Position numbers and translations under genes: made by a program. The notes beneath the pieces are model-generated. The model had not been told where the DNA came from. It ran no database searches and was given only the letters and a program-made list of their open reading frames with translations. 64,000 nt of DNA from contig CAWJTV010000020.1 in NCBI GenBank assembly GCA_963845755.1, positions 128,001 through 192,000 of the forward strand, in the 5' to 3' direction. The DNA is from an uncultured Planctomycetota bacterium. Lineage in GTDB: Bacteria; Planctomycetota; Planctomycetia; Isosphaerales; Isosphaeraceae. Of this stretch, positions 43,968-55,862 are shown in pieces (position 1 is the first letter of the stretch; each line of letters opens with the position of its first letter).

Positions 43968-44263
43968 GCACTGGCTGCCCGAACGACCATCGCGTCGGCC
44001 AGGGCGTGGCACTCATCGCAAAGGAACGTCACATTGAGCGGCTCGCTGTAATCCCAGTGATGACGCTCCAACCGGCCATGCCGGCGACACCAGGCACAAA
44101 CTTTCGGTCGCGCGATCAGGCCGAGTTGCTCACCCAGTGCCGCGGCGTATCGCGCCGATCGCGTGCGAATCCGCCGCGGCTTCAGGCTGTCCAGGCTGAT
44201 CTCCAGATGACGTTTAAGGCGGGTCCACAAGGCACGATGACGGCCGCGTCTGCCCTTCCTCAT
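43964..44263 (-). CDS. Small Zn-binding HNH-like protein
   Basis: RPKVCAWC...HHWDYSEPLNVTFLCDECH motif in a 99-aa basic ORF. Confidence 0.7.
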   Translation of the reverse strand: MRKGRRGRHRALWTRLKRHLEISLDSLKPRRIRTRSARYAAALGEQLGLIARPKVCAWCRRHGRLERHHWDYSEPLNVTFLCDECHALADAMVVRAASA

Positions 44264-44815
44264 GGTTGATCACCCGTGTGGAAATCTCGATAACCACCCC
44301 TGATCCGACATGGTTTAGGACGGTCGATTCCACTCCGTTCCCGAGGCCATTCGCGTCTGACGCCTCTCCTGGCGATCCACTCCATCTTAGTCGAGAGCGA
44401 ACGCTGTACCAAACAAATCAGCGCGGGAAAAATGGACCAACCGACTCACGTTGGCATGAGTCTGACAGTCGGATCGATTCTAGGGATCGAGATTCCACCG
44501 GAAACCGGCTGGCCCCTTGACAGGCGCAATGCGATCGCAACGATCCCGCTGTCCTTTTTCCCCATCCTTTTGCCGAAGGATCAGTCATTTCTCATGAATC
44601 TGGTCATTCGACACGTCGGGCCTGCGTGTGGTTCGCTCACTGGAAGCGGTCATGGACAGGCAAACGCCAGTCTGTGATACTCTCGCATAGAGATTCGTAT
44701 CCACCTCGTGACCGGCGATCCCGGGTGCGGATAGGATCGTAAGTTCTGGGAGAGGATCTTCATGATTGAGTGTGCTGATGGGATTTGGTCGCCGTCTTCA
44801 GGGGATGACCGCGGG

Positions 44816-46005
44816 ATGACCGCGAGGACGATCCCGGCCGCGACGATGAGCCGTCGGGCGTTGCTCCGGCTGGGGATCCTGGGGGTCGGAGGTTCGAGCC
44901 TGTCCCTCGCGCCGGAGAAGTCCGGTCTCGCGGCGCCGGCCGAACCAACGCCGGACGATCGCGCGCTCATCGTCCGCAGCCGGCGGCCGCTGAACCTGGA
45001 GAGCTCGATCGCGGCGCTCGATCATCGGTTGACTCCGAACGACCTGTTCTTCGTCCGCAGCCATTTCGGGGCACCGGCAGTGGATCTCCATCCCTGGCAG
45101 GTGGAGGTTGTGGGCCTGGTGGACCGCCCGCTCCGCCTGAGCCTGGCGGATGTGGCCCGACTGCCCGAGGGTTCCCGGACGGCAGTGCTCCAATGCGCCG
45201 GCAACGGGCGGGGCCTGTATCGGCCGCGCGTGCCGGGCACGCCGTGGGAGCGCGGCGCGGTCGGGCAGGCAGAATGGTCGGGGGTTCGCCTGGCCGAGTT
45301 GCTGGATCGTGCCGGACTCCAGCCCGGGGCGGCTCACCTGCACTTCGTCGGCGGGGATGCGCCCCGTCGCCCAAGACCCCGGCGTTCATACGGAGCATCC
45401 CGCTGGATCGGGCGTCGGACCCGGGCACAATCCTCGCCACCCGGATGAATGGTGAGCCCTTGCCGGTCGTGCACGGCGGTCCGGTGCGGCTGGTCGTGCC
45501 CGCCTGGGCGGGCAACAACTGGACGAAGTGGGTGCGGAGGATCGTCGTCGCTCGGGACGAGTCACCGGGCTTCTTCATGCAGACCGGCTACCGGATGACT
45601 CCACCTCCCGTCGCGACCGGCACGGCGACGCAATCTGCCAAACCCCAACCCGTCACCTGGATGACCGTGAAATCGCTCATCACCTGGCCGCGGGCCGATC
45701 AGGTCCTGAACGCCGGGCCCGTCGAGGTGCGCGGAATCGCCTGGACCGGGCGCGGACACGTCAGCAAGGTCGAGGTTTCTCTCGACGGCGGCGGTCGCTG
45801 GATCGAGGCGGCGCTGCGGGATGAGCCGGAGCAGGGGGGCTGGCGACAATGGAGGCTGACCTGGGATCCGCCGGGCCGCGGTCATCATCGCATGGCGGCA
45901 CGCGCAACCGACTCGATGGGCCAGGTTCAGCCGGAGACCCCGGCGTGGAACAAGAGCGGGTATCTGTGGAACGGCATCGAATCCGTCGATTGTGAGATCC
46001 GTTGA
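44816..46005 (+). CDS. Tat-exported sulfite-oxidase-family molybdoenzyme (SorA-like); frameshift near 45363
   Basis: SRRALL, FFVRSH, Mo-ligand LQCAGNGR, HGGPVRLVVP, KW, Mo-co dimer domain RATD..G..QP. Confidence 0.9.
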
Positions 46006-46015
46006 GGATGGCTTG

Positions 46016-46740
46016 ATGAAGAGGCTCACACGTCAGACGATGGTCGCGGGACTCCTCGCGGGCGCGGTGTGGCTCGTGGTACTGGGACTTCAGTTCGCGC
46101 CGAGCGCAAAGGGACAGGAGCCGGCGAAGCCCGGAACCCCAGCCCGTACCATTCCGCCATCCACTCGCTCCCTGCCACCCGGAGAACCTGACGAGGATGA
46201 TGAGACGTCCTTCCGCGATGCCCTGGCCCACAAGAGCCTCCTGGAGAATTGTTTGATCTGTCATACAGAGGACGTGATTGCCGGCCAGCGTCTCACACCC
46301 GTCCAATGGAAGGCCGAGGTCGACAAGATGGTCGGGTGGGGTTCGCCCTTGCCCAAGGAGGACGCCACCCCGCTGATCGACTACCTGGCGCGCCACTATT
46401 CGGACCGATCGGCACCGCCGATTCTCACGCGTGCCGCGCTCAAGGGCGTGGGTTCGCTGGAGGTGCCCGCCTCCGATCAGGAGCCGGCTCCGGCCGGCGG
46501 CGAGCTCCCACATGGGCGCAGCTCTACACCACCAACTGCGCGACCTGTCACGGCCCAACGGCCCTGGGCGGCGACCTCGGCCCCAGCCTGGTTAACAAGG
46601 CGGTCCTGGACCACCCCAAGGAGTACGACCAGATTGTTCGCCAAGGGAGACACCGCATGCCCGGCTTCCAGGCCGTCTTGAAGGGGAACGATCAAGCGGA
46701 TGTCCTGGCGTGGCTTCGGGGCCGGACCTACCCCGAGTGA
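46016..46740 (+). CDS. Diheme c-type cytochrome; frameshift near 46517
   Basis: Signal peptide; CLICH and CATCH heme motifs; distal Met candidates (KM, RMP). Confidence 0.85.
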
Positions 46741-46789
46741 CCGAGCCCGATGGACCTCGATCTGGTTGGCCTTCCAACAGGAATCCTGG

Positions 46790-48520
46790 TCAATCGAGAC
46801 GGTCGCCAGGAATACCCATCGATCCTCGAGGTTTCGCGATGCTCTTGCCGGCGATCGCGGCGCGATCAGTTGTGCGGGTGGCGGTCAACTCGATCGGTAC
46901 GAACTCGTAGACGATATAGAGTTCGGTGCGAGCTTTGGCCCGGGGCGCCGCCATGTCAACGACGATCCTCCGGCAGTCTCGCAGGCGATAGTGCCTCTCC
47001 ATGACATGAAGCCAGGCGGCGACTCGAGGATCGTCCGGGTCGAGAAGTGGCAAGACACAACGGAGCGGCCGGTGCAAGGAGACCGACTCCCATCGGCGTG
47101 AACGCCGCTGCCGGCGTGTTGGCGAGTTGATCATCTGGTTGCAGAGATAGACGGCGACGTTCAGGTTTGTCGAATCCCAATCGCCCAGGCCGAGGTCCCA
47201 ACGCAGACAGACCGGCTCGGCTTCCCGGACGAACGCGGGCCAGAAGCGGTGTGCAAACGCACGAGCCCGCTGCGCATGTACCGAACGGGACGGATGGAAC
47301 GCGTTGACGGCCAGCGGAGTAACGCCGATCGCAGCCAGTGCGATTAGACCCGCGCACAAGACCCGGACCCGGAGCCGGGGATCGGAGATCCGCCCCAGCA
47401 TTGCCGCGGCGCCGAGGCCCGCGAGGAGGCAGATACTTGGCACGAGGTATTGCATGACCCGGGCCGGGGAGCCGTCGGCCACGCCGCCGTAGGGATACCG
47501 CCTCAACGCCGCCGCGACGAGCGCCATGCCGAAAGGCGCCAGGCAAGGCAGCACGGTCGCGCGGGGACCCCTGCGCCATAGTACGGCCAAGCCCACGGCG
47601 AATAACAGAAGGGTCAGGCTGCTGGCTCCTCGTTCACCTCCACACGGATAGGCGAACATGCTCCCCGTGTGAACGGTCGCCAGCCATCGAACAAGGGCGA
47701 TCGGGTGATCCATCGGTGGGAATGCGGCACCCCACTGGTCCTGCATGCTCGTCAGGGTGGCCGCCGCCTGGGCGCTGGTGAAGGCGGCATAGAGGGCGAT
47801 GAACACCCCGGCCGAAGCCAGGGCGAATGTCGCGTAGGCGATCCGGACGTTTCGCCGCCCGGTCTTGACCACCGCCGCCGCCAGCCCCAACACGAGGCCC
47901 CCGGCGACGAAGATCGACGGGTGCGAAAGCGCGATCGCGATCGGCGCCAGCGCCGCGAGGGCCCACATCCACCCGGCCCGATCCGGGTTCCGCAACCACT
48001 CGAAGGCGACAGCCAGCAAACCGAGGGCCGCGAGGAGGTCCGACGCGTACGGCTTGACGTCAGCGGCGTGTCGGATCGGGTGGAAGGACACCGCGAAAAC
48101 GGCCACCGCCAACAGCAGGGGAATGCCATGCACGACCCGGCCGGCCGCGTGTCGGAAAAGGCCGACGCTCAGTAAGGCGCAGACGAATGGGAACAGCCGG
48201 AGCGACCATTCGGTGAAGCCCAGAAGCTTCACGACGGTCAACTCGGCCCAGAGAAAGAGCACCGGACAGACCTGCCCGTAGTCGAGCGGACGGAGCAGGT
48301 CGAGGTAGTCGCGACGGATGAGGTTGACCGCGACGAACGCCTCATCCCACCAGAGCGGAAAGTCCATGGCGTAACGCGCGAGCCTGAGCAACAAGCCCAG
48401 GCCCACGAACGCCCAGGTGGCTCGCTCCACAAAGCGGGCGTTTGGATTCCGCGCGAGTGCCGTTGACGCCGGGAGGGCCGACGAGCGATGATCTTGGATC
48501 GAGCATGACGAGCGGGTCAT
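46790..48520 (-). CDS. Membrane glycosyltransferase (GT-C / PMT-like)
   Basis: LWWDEA, LRLFP, VKPY.SD, multiple TM helices; start uncertain. Confidence 0.8.
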   Translation of the reverse strand: MTRSSCSIQDHRSSALPASTALARNPNARFVERATWAFVGLGLLLRLARYAMDFPLWWDEAFVAVNLIRRDYLDLLRPLDYGQVCPVLFLWAELTVVKLLGFTEWSLRLFPFVCALLSVGLFRHAAGRVVHGIPLLLAVAVFAVSFHPIRHAADVKPYASDLLAALGLLAVAFEWLRNPDRAGWMWALAALAPIAIALSHPSIFVAGGLVLGLAAAVVKTGRRNVRIAYATFALASAGVFIALYAAFTSAQAAATLTSMQDQWGAAFPPMDHPIALVRWLATVHTGSMFAYPCGGERGASSLTLLLFAVGLAVLWRRGPRATVLPCLAPFGMALVAAALRRYPYGGVADGSPARVMQYLVPSICLLAGLGAAAMLGRISDPRLRVRVLCAGLIALAAIGVTPLAVNAFHPSRSVHAQRARAFAHRFWPAFVREAEPVCLRWDLGLGDWDSTNLNVAVYLCNQMINSPTRRQRRSRRWESVSLHRPLRCVLPLLDPDDPRVAAWLHVMERHYRLRDCRRIVVDMAAPRAKARTELYIVYEFVPIELTATRTTDRAAIAGKSIAKPRGSMGIPGDRLD

Positions 48521-48680
48521 TCGAATCACGGGCTCCGAATGCCGCGTGGCGATCGTGATGCGAGGACATCCACCATTCAGACCGACGCTCTCTGTCGCGA
48601 CACGGGACGGGATGTTAGCCTGGCCTGGGACATCGGGCAAGTTCAAGATCAACCCGAGCACCGCGGGAGGACCGCAGCGG

Positions 48681-51659
48681 ATGAGGAGCTCCTACCCAGT
48701 AGAGATCCGACGATGGATCGGATTGGCGTTGATGGCAACCGGCGCGATCGGGATCGGCGGCGCATGAAGGCCGGGCCGGTGATCGGCCGACGCGCGTACC
48801 CTGGACCGGTTCCCGTATGACCGGCACGCCCGAACCCCCACCGCCGTTCACCGTCGAGCCGGCCTTCCCGCGCCTGAAACTCGAGTTCCCCGTCGTGCTG
48901 GTCCCAGCCAGGGGAACGAACCGACTCTTCGTCGGCGAGCTCCGCGGGCGGATCGGTTCCTTCCCGATCGACACCGGCGCGACCAAGCTCGATCTTGCGC
49001 TCGACATCGCCAAGCTGCACTCCGACCTTACGGCGCTCTACGGAATCGCCTTTCATCCAAACTTTGACAATAATCGTTATGTTTATGTTTGTTATGTCCT
49101 CAAGAACGACCTGGAGGATGGCTCGGTCGTCGCGCGGTTCGAGGCGAGCCGGAGCGATCCCCCTGTGATCGATCCGAAGAGCGAGAAAGTCCTGCTGAAG
49201 TTCTGGTCGGGGGGCCATAACGGCGGCTGCCTCGATTTCGGCACGGACGGGTATCTGTATCTCTCGACGGGCGATGGGACGGCTCCCTCGCCTCCCGACA
49301 TCAAGATGACGGGGCAGGATTGCTCGGACCTGCTCTCGAGCATCATTCGCATCGACGTCGATCACACGGATCCCGGCAAACCATATCGGATTCCGCCCGA
49401 CAATCCGTTCGTGAACGTGACGGGCGTCCGGCCTGAGATCTGGGCCTTCGGCCTCCGGAACCCCTGGCGGATGAGCATCGACCGAGCCACGGGCGACCTG
49501 TGGGTCGGCGACGTCGGTTGGGAACTCTGGGAGATGGTCTACAAGGTCAAGCGCGGGGGCAACTATGGCTGGAGCGTGATGGAAGGGCCCCAGCCGGTAA
49601 ACGTGGAGGGCCGGCGGGGACCGGGGCCCATCCTGCCGCCGGTGATCGCTCATCCCCACTCGGAGGCCGCCTCGATCACGGGCGGTTATGTCTATCACGG
49701 AACGCGCTTGCCTGAGCTGGCGGGAGTCTACATTTACGGTGACTACCAGACGGGGACCATCTGGGGACTTCGCTACTCGGGCGACACGGTCACCTGGAAG
49801 CAAGAGCTCGCCCGGACCCCGATCCACCTGTCCGCGTTCGGGGAGTCTCGCGAGAAAGAGCTCTTCCTGGTCGACCACGACCGAACGCATCAGATCTACC
49901 GCCTCGTTCACAACCCGGCGGCGAAAGCGAAGCATGACTTTCCGCGCCTGCTCAGTCAGACGGGCCTGTTTGCCTCGACGCGAGACGACCGGCCCGCGCC
50001 GGGGGTGATCCCGTACTCGGTTAACTCCGAACTCTGGGCTGACGGTGCGACGGCCGAGCGGTTCCTGGCCGTTCCGGGCGACGGACGCGTCGGCCTCGAC
50101 CCTCAGGGCAACTGGCGCTTTCCGGAAGGCTCGGTGCTGGTCCGGACTGCCTCCGTCGGGAGCGCGGCAGGGAGAACGACCGACGGCCGGCGGGTGGAAA
50201 CCCAGGTCCTCCACCTCCTGGATGGCGCATGGCGGCCGTATTCGTACGTCTGGGATGATGACCAGGCCGACGCTCGGCTGGCTGATGCCGCAGGCACGAC
50301 CCGGACGATCGCGATGAGCAGCCCGGGCGCGCCGGCGAGCGGACCTATCGGATTCACGCCCGCACTGAGTGCATTCTCTGCCATAATCCCTGGGTCGAGA
50401 AGAAGACAACGATCTTTGGATTTCAGTCGGCCTCGCCGCTGGGGGTCAATACGCCACAGTTGAACAAGACGTTGAAGTCGAGCGAGGGATCCATCAACCA
50501 ATTGACCGCCTTGTACGACGCAGGGCTGCTGGACTGGACGCCCGAGCCCGCGCGGCTGCCGAGATTGGCCAATCCTCACGATGAGTCGGCCAATCTCGGC
50601 GATCGGGCGCGGTCATACCTCCAGACGAATTGCTCGCATTGCCACCAGTTCAACGCGGGAGGCACGGCGAACATCGCGCTGGGTTTCGAGGTGCCTCTGG
50701 GCGAGACCAAGACGGTTGACGTCCGGCCCATCCAGGGGACATTCCAGATCGCCGGCGCGCGGATCATCGCCCCGGGGGATCCCTCGCGCTCGGTGCTGTA
50801 CTATCGCGTCTCCAAGATGGGCGGGGGCCGGATGCCCCGGGCCGGCTCGAGCCAGGTCGACGTGCGCGCCGTGCGGATGATCCACGACTGGATCGCCGGG
50901 ATGACTGTGTCGAAGGTGGATTCGGCTGGTACGGTTGCGGTGCTGCCGGTAGAGGATCGCATGGCGCTCGAGCTCCTTCGCAGTGGCGATCGCACGACGA
51001 CCGAGGCGCGATCGGCGGCGATCCGCCGGCTAACGTCCTCGACTCGGGGAGCGCTGTTGCTGCTCGGTTGGCTCGACCGTGGCGGGGCTTCCGAGTCGGT
51101 TCGGCGTGAGGTCGCGGCGGTCGCGCGGGCGAATCCGGCCGTCGAGGTCCGCGACCTGTTCGAGCGGTTCATTCCCGAAGGCGAGCGGGTCAGGCGGCTT
51201 GGAGACGTGGTCGACCGGTCTGCGATCCTGGCACTCCGCGGAGATGCGGCGCGCGGGCGGGCGGTCTTCACGACGAATGTTGCGGCCCAGTGCAAGAGCT
51301 GTCACAAGGTCGGCGACATCGGCGAGTCGGTCGGGCCCGACCTCACCAAGATCGGATCCAAGTACGACCGCGCCGGTTTGCTCGACCAGATCCTCGAGCC
51401 CTCCAAGACCATCGATCCTCAGTATGTCTCCTACCTGCTGGAAACCAAGGACGGACGGGTCCTGACCGGGCTACTCGTCCAGAAATCATCAAGTGAGGTG
51501 GTCCTCAAGGACGCCCAGGGTAAGACGGTACGCGTGCCCAGCGGCCAGGTCGAGCAGCTCGTGTCACAGTCGCGGTCGCTCATGCCCGAGCTGTTGCTCC
51601 GCGACATGACGGCCCAGCAAGTGGCGGATTTGCTAGAGTATCTAACGACACTAAGATAG
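48681..51659 (+). CDS. PQQ/GSDH-type beta-propeller dehydrogenase fused to multiheme cytochrome c domains; frameshifts near 48760 and 50333
   Basis: GGHNGG, FGLRNPWR, GGNYGW, SITGG; CILCH, CSHCH, CKSCH; GPDL..I, SLMP. Confidence 0.88.
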
Positions 51660-51732
51660 AGATTAGGCGATCTTGCTAAAAGGCTGAACGCCCACGAGAG
51701 GCGTCTCGAGGCCGTTGGAGGAGGATGAGTCA

Positions 51733-52056
51733 ATGAGTCCCGATCCCGCCGTCCTGGACGATCTGGTGCGTCGTGTGGTGGACAGCGTGCATCCGCTACG
51801 GATCATCTTGTTCGGCTCGGCCGCGAGAGATGAAATGGGACCGAGCAGCGATCTGGATGCGCTCGTCATCGTGGAAGGCCAGACCGATTGTCGCGCGGTT
51901 TCCAAGATCCTCGCGCGGCGGCTCCGCGGCTTGGGCTGCGCCACGGATGTGCTCGTCGTGCGGCAATGCGACGTGGAGCAGCATGGGGATAACCCCTATC
52001 TCGTCCTCCACACGGCGATCTCGGAAGGAAAGGAACTCTATCGTGCCACCTCCTAG
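51733..52056 (+). CDS. Minimal nucleotidyltransferase (MNT) antitoxin
   Basis: IILFGSAAR....SDLD motif; overlaps the HEPN gene. Confidence 0.88.
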   Translation: MSPDPAVLDDLVRRVVDSVHPLRIILFGSAARDEMGPSSDLDALVIVEGQTDCRAVSKILARRLRGLGCATDVLVVRQCDVEQHGDNPYLVLHTAISEGKELYRATS

Positions 52057-52437
52057 CCCGGCACCAGGGACGGCCCGCGAGTGGTTACGACGTGCCAGGG
52101 GCAAGGTAGCACTGGCTCGTCAGCCCTTACCGCCGGAAGGTTTTTACGAAGACTTATGCTTCTTGACGCAACAGGCCGCCGAACTTGCAATCAAAGCAGT
52201 CGATCAAGTTCACGGTTGGCTGTTCCCCTTCGTGCACAATCTTGGCACGTTACTCGACGGTCTGGAGAGTCAGGGCTTGAGAATCCCCAGGAAGTGCAGG
52301 ACGCCGACCAACTGAGCGTCGATGCAGTACAAGCACGATACCCGGGCCTCCCGTATCCCACCTCGAGGGCTGAGTTCGAAGAATCGTTGCGTATCGCGGA
52401 GACGGTCTTGGCGCGGGCCGAGGCGTTCGTTCCCTGA
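52043..52437 (+). CDS. HEPN-domain toxin; frameshift near 52288
   Basis: WL.RA, QQAAELAIKA, HNL..LL, ARYP. Confidence 0.8.
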
Positions 52438-52453
52438 CTGCCAGGATCTGCCC

Positions 52454-53747
52454 TCAAGAATCCGCCTCGCGCGGTTCGATGGCCGGGAGTCGTTGCAACG
52501 TCGTGAATCTCGTGACGAGTTGACCGACAGGATACAACGCGCAGCCGATTGCGACGGCGGCGACGGCGTTGGTAGTCAGGACGGCGACGGCCGTCACCAG
52601 GAAGGCCGAGGCGTTGAACCCGGCGCATCCGGTGCAAGCGGCGCCAGGTGCTCCACTCCAGGAGTCCGAGGCCGACGTAGGCGGTCACTCCGGCGAGTGC
52701 GGCCAGTGGGATATGGGCGATGAGTCCGGCGCCGAACCATAGCAACCCGAGCAGGAAAATGCCGTGTAGCAAGTTGGAGAGACGCGTGGTTCCCCCGCAA
52801 CGGACGTTCGCCAGGCTGCGGGCGGGGATGCCGACGCTCATCGGCACTCCGAAGACGCCGGCGCAGAGGTTGGCGATGCCGTAAGCGCCCAGCTCACCGT
52901 CCGCATCGATGGGGCGTAGTGGGCGGTGACGGCCCTGGAAGTGTTCGACCACCTTGGAAGTGATCAGGATGTTGACCGAGGCGACGAACGCCAGGCCCAG
53001 CGCCGAGGGCAAGACCTCCACCACGTCAGTCGGCTCCCAGGTGAAGCCGACGAATGACGGCCATTCCCGCGACATCGATCCGAGCGGGCGTTCGTGCCAG
53101 CCGAACAGGGCGGCCGCGGCGACAGCGAGAACGACTCCGATCAGCGGCGCGGGCGATCGCGGCCATCGCCTCACGGCCGCCGCGGACGCGGCTACCACGA
53201 TCGTGCCCAGGAAGAGTGGCTCCCACCTCGCCCCGCCCAGGTTCGTCATGACCGCGATAAGCTGCCCGATCGGCGTGTCCGGGCCGGCGCCCCGACCGGC
53301 CGGCAGTCCCAGCAGCGTTCGGAGCTGGAGGATGACCATCATCGCGCCGACGCCGCACGAGAAGCCTGAGATGACCGCGTGCGGCACCCGAGACACGTAC
53401 CGGCCGAGGCGGAGCACGCAGAAGATCATCATGAAGACCGACGCGACCAGGCAAACCTTTGCCGAGCCGCTGATCCCCTGTGCGTGTACGGCCGTGGTGA
53501 AGAACGGCACGGTGGCACTGGCCGTCCCGCCGATTAGGACGGGATTGCGACCCAACAGCGCTGTGACCGGCGCCGTCAGGATCGAGGTGAACAGGCCCAA
53601 CTCGGGCGGCAAGCCCATCAAGCGTGCCAGCGCCAGCCCGTAGGGCAGTGCGACCAGAGCGGCGATGGCGCCGCCCGCCGCGTCGCCGACGAGGTGGCGC
53701 CAGCCGTAGGTGACACGTCCGGCTCGTCGAACCGACTGTTCAGACAT
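52454..53747 (-). CDS. SulP-family anion transporter lacking a STAS domain; frameshift near 52616
   Basis: GDAAGG...ALVALPYGLA, VPHAVISGFSCG, EL.A.GIAN, ARS..N...G; corrected frame stops at 52454. Confidence 0.85.
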
Positions 53748-54892
53748 TCATGACACGCCCGAACGCCGTGCGGAACTTGGCCATCTCCTCCCTAGTCCCG
53801 ATCGTGACCCGCACGTGGTTCGGCAGAGCCGGCCAGGACCGACCGATCGCCACCTTCTCCCGGAGCAGAGCCTGGAAGACCTCCCGGCCCGGCCGGTGGA
53901 CGTCGATCATGATCATGTTCGCTTCGGAAGGGATGACGTCGTATCCCTTCTTCTGGAGCCACTCGACCGTCTCCTCGCGGGTGTCGGCAATGATCTTCCG
54001 CCGCGTTTCTACGAGGCCCTTGGCCTTCAGGCTCGCGATGGCGCCGACCATGCCGGTGACCGGCAACGCGCCCGCGCCGTAGTTCCGGATCTTCCTGAGC
54101 AGGTCAGGGCGCCCAGCGCCGCACCGCGCGGAGTCCGGCCATCCCGTAGAGTTTCGAGAACGTGCGCAGGATGATGACGTCCTTGTCGGCGGCCACCATC
54201 GGTGAACTCGCCTCGGCGGTCTTCGACAGGTGGAGGTAGGCCTCATCCAGGAGGACGATCGCCCCCTTGGGTTTGTTGGCGACGAGGTACTCGATCTCGT
54301 CCTTGGTCGTGATCGAGCCGGTCGGGTTGTTCGGGTTACAGACGTAGATCACGCCGGCGTTGGGATCGGCCGCGGCCATCGCGCGGACGTCGTGGGACCA
54401 GTCCTTCCGGAGCGGGACCTTGATGGTCCTGGCGCCAACGAAGGCCGCCGCCCGCTCGCCCGCCTCGTAGCCCGGGTCGGCGACCACGAAGCTCTTCTCC
54501 GGGCCGGTGAAGGCCAGGACGACGCGATGGAGCGGGTCGCTCGAGCCGGCGAACGGCATGACGTGCTCGGGGGAGAGGCCCTCGGTCTCGGCCATGATGT
54601 TGGTGAACGCGAACGTCTCCTCGTAGCGGTAGCGGCCCCCTTGGGCGACGACCTGGTGGATCGCCTCGGCCGCCTCGGGACATGGCCCCATCGGGTTCTC
54701 GTTGGCGTTGATCTTCACCGCGTCGGCAGGCAGCCGCGGCCCCGCAGAGAGCCCTTGGGCCAGAGTCGCCTCGTTATAGAAGGGCAGAGCCGCTCCTGCG
54801 GTCAGGAAGGCCGCGAGCCGGCCGAAATCGCGGCGCGTGAACCCGCGAGCGAGTAGGTCGCGATGTTGCTCCGGGCTAAACAGGTCCGTCAT
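53740..54892 (-). CDS. Tat-exported PLP aminotransferase (HisC-like class I/II); frameshift near 54110-54128
   Basis: TRRDFGR twin-arginine signal; NENPMG, CNPNNPTG, DEAY, RTFSK (PLP Lys), RVTIG. Confidence 0.88.
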
Positions 54893-55171
54893 GCTTCCTC
54901 CAGCATCAGGGCGTGATGACAGAATGGCGAGGCGAAGAATCCGCCGTAAGACTGCGCGTCAAAGTCCCAGACAACCGCTGTGTCGTGTGATTCCCGCAAG
55001 GCGGCTCGGCCGAGGGAGAGGAGGAGTTCGGCCAGACCTGACACGGGCCGGCCAGGCCGCTCAGCCGTGAAACAGAGGGAGATTATACTCGATGCGGTGG
55101 ATGTCGTAAACTGGTTCGTTTCGCGAGTTGAAGGTCATGATGTCATTGACAGGAGCGGCACCCAGGACGCT

Positions 55172-55525
55172 CTACGGCTTGCCAAAGACCTCGGCCACCG
55201 CTTTCGCGATAGCATCAAGTTGGTTGACGTTCACAACACCTAACCATCGAACGAAGCGCACCTCGGCCACCGACTTAACTTGGAAAGCGTCAGCTCCCGA
55301 GTCCTTTCTCAGGCCATTGCCTGGACCCGCGGGAATGTGCACGTGCCAAAATCTTCCCGCGTATCGGGGCTTCCAGTCCGTGAGCGGAACGACGACACGT
55401 AGCGCGAGATGTCGGAGTATATCTCGGCTTATGACGACAGCCGGGCGAATCTTCCGGATCTCCGCGCCAACAGACGGGTCGAAATCCACCAGCCAGATCT
55501 CACCGCGGCGGGGCGTCCGTGTCAT
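55172..55525 (-). CDS. PemK/MazF-family toxin
   Basis: RGEIWLVDFDPSVGAEIRKIRPAVVIS, VVPLT. Confidence 0.92.
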   Translation of the reverse strand: MTRTPRRGEIWLVDFDPSVGAEIRKIRPAVVISRDILRHLALRVVVPLTDWKPRYAGRFWHVHIPAGPGNGLRKDSGADAFQVKSVAEVRFVRWLGVVNVNQLDAIAKAVAEVFGKP

Positions 55526-55805
55526 CGAAGTAATCGCTGTAATTGTCATCGAGCCCAACTGGATAGTCGTTCACGGCGAGCAAGACTTGTGCTTCCATGA
55601 TCGCCTCCCGCTCGGCAGGCGGTAAGGCACGCAACTGATCGAGTGTCCAATGCGCCGGATCCGTACCTTCGGGGAGTTGGGCTTCTGGGAGCTCGGCTTC
55701 TCGCCGCTCCAGGTTGTGGAGGATTTCCAAGATGAGCCCCCAGTCCTCCTTCGGAACTTTGTGCAAGGCCTCGAGGATCGATTCTTCGGTGATTTCGGTT
55801 GACAT
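55500..55805 (-). CDS. Putative antitoxin
   Basis: Acidic 101-aa ORF overlapping the toxin start. Confidence 0.75.
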   Translation of the reverse strand: MSTEITEESILEALHKVPKEDWGLILEILHNLERREAELPEAQLPEGTDPAHWTLDQLRALPPAEREAIMEAQVLLAVNDYPVGLDDNYSDYFDDTDAPPR

Positions 55806-55862
55806 GACGTGTCTCCTCTGTCGGCATTCCCTGTCTTTCGATCGGGATTAGATCGCAGCTCT

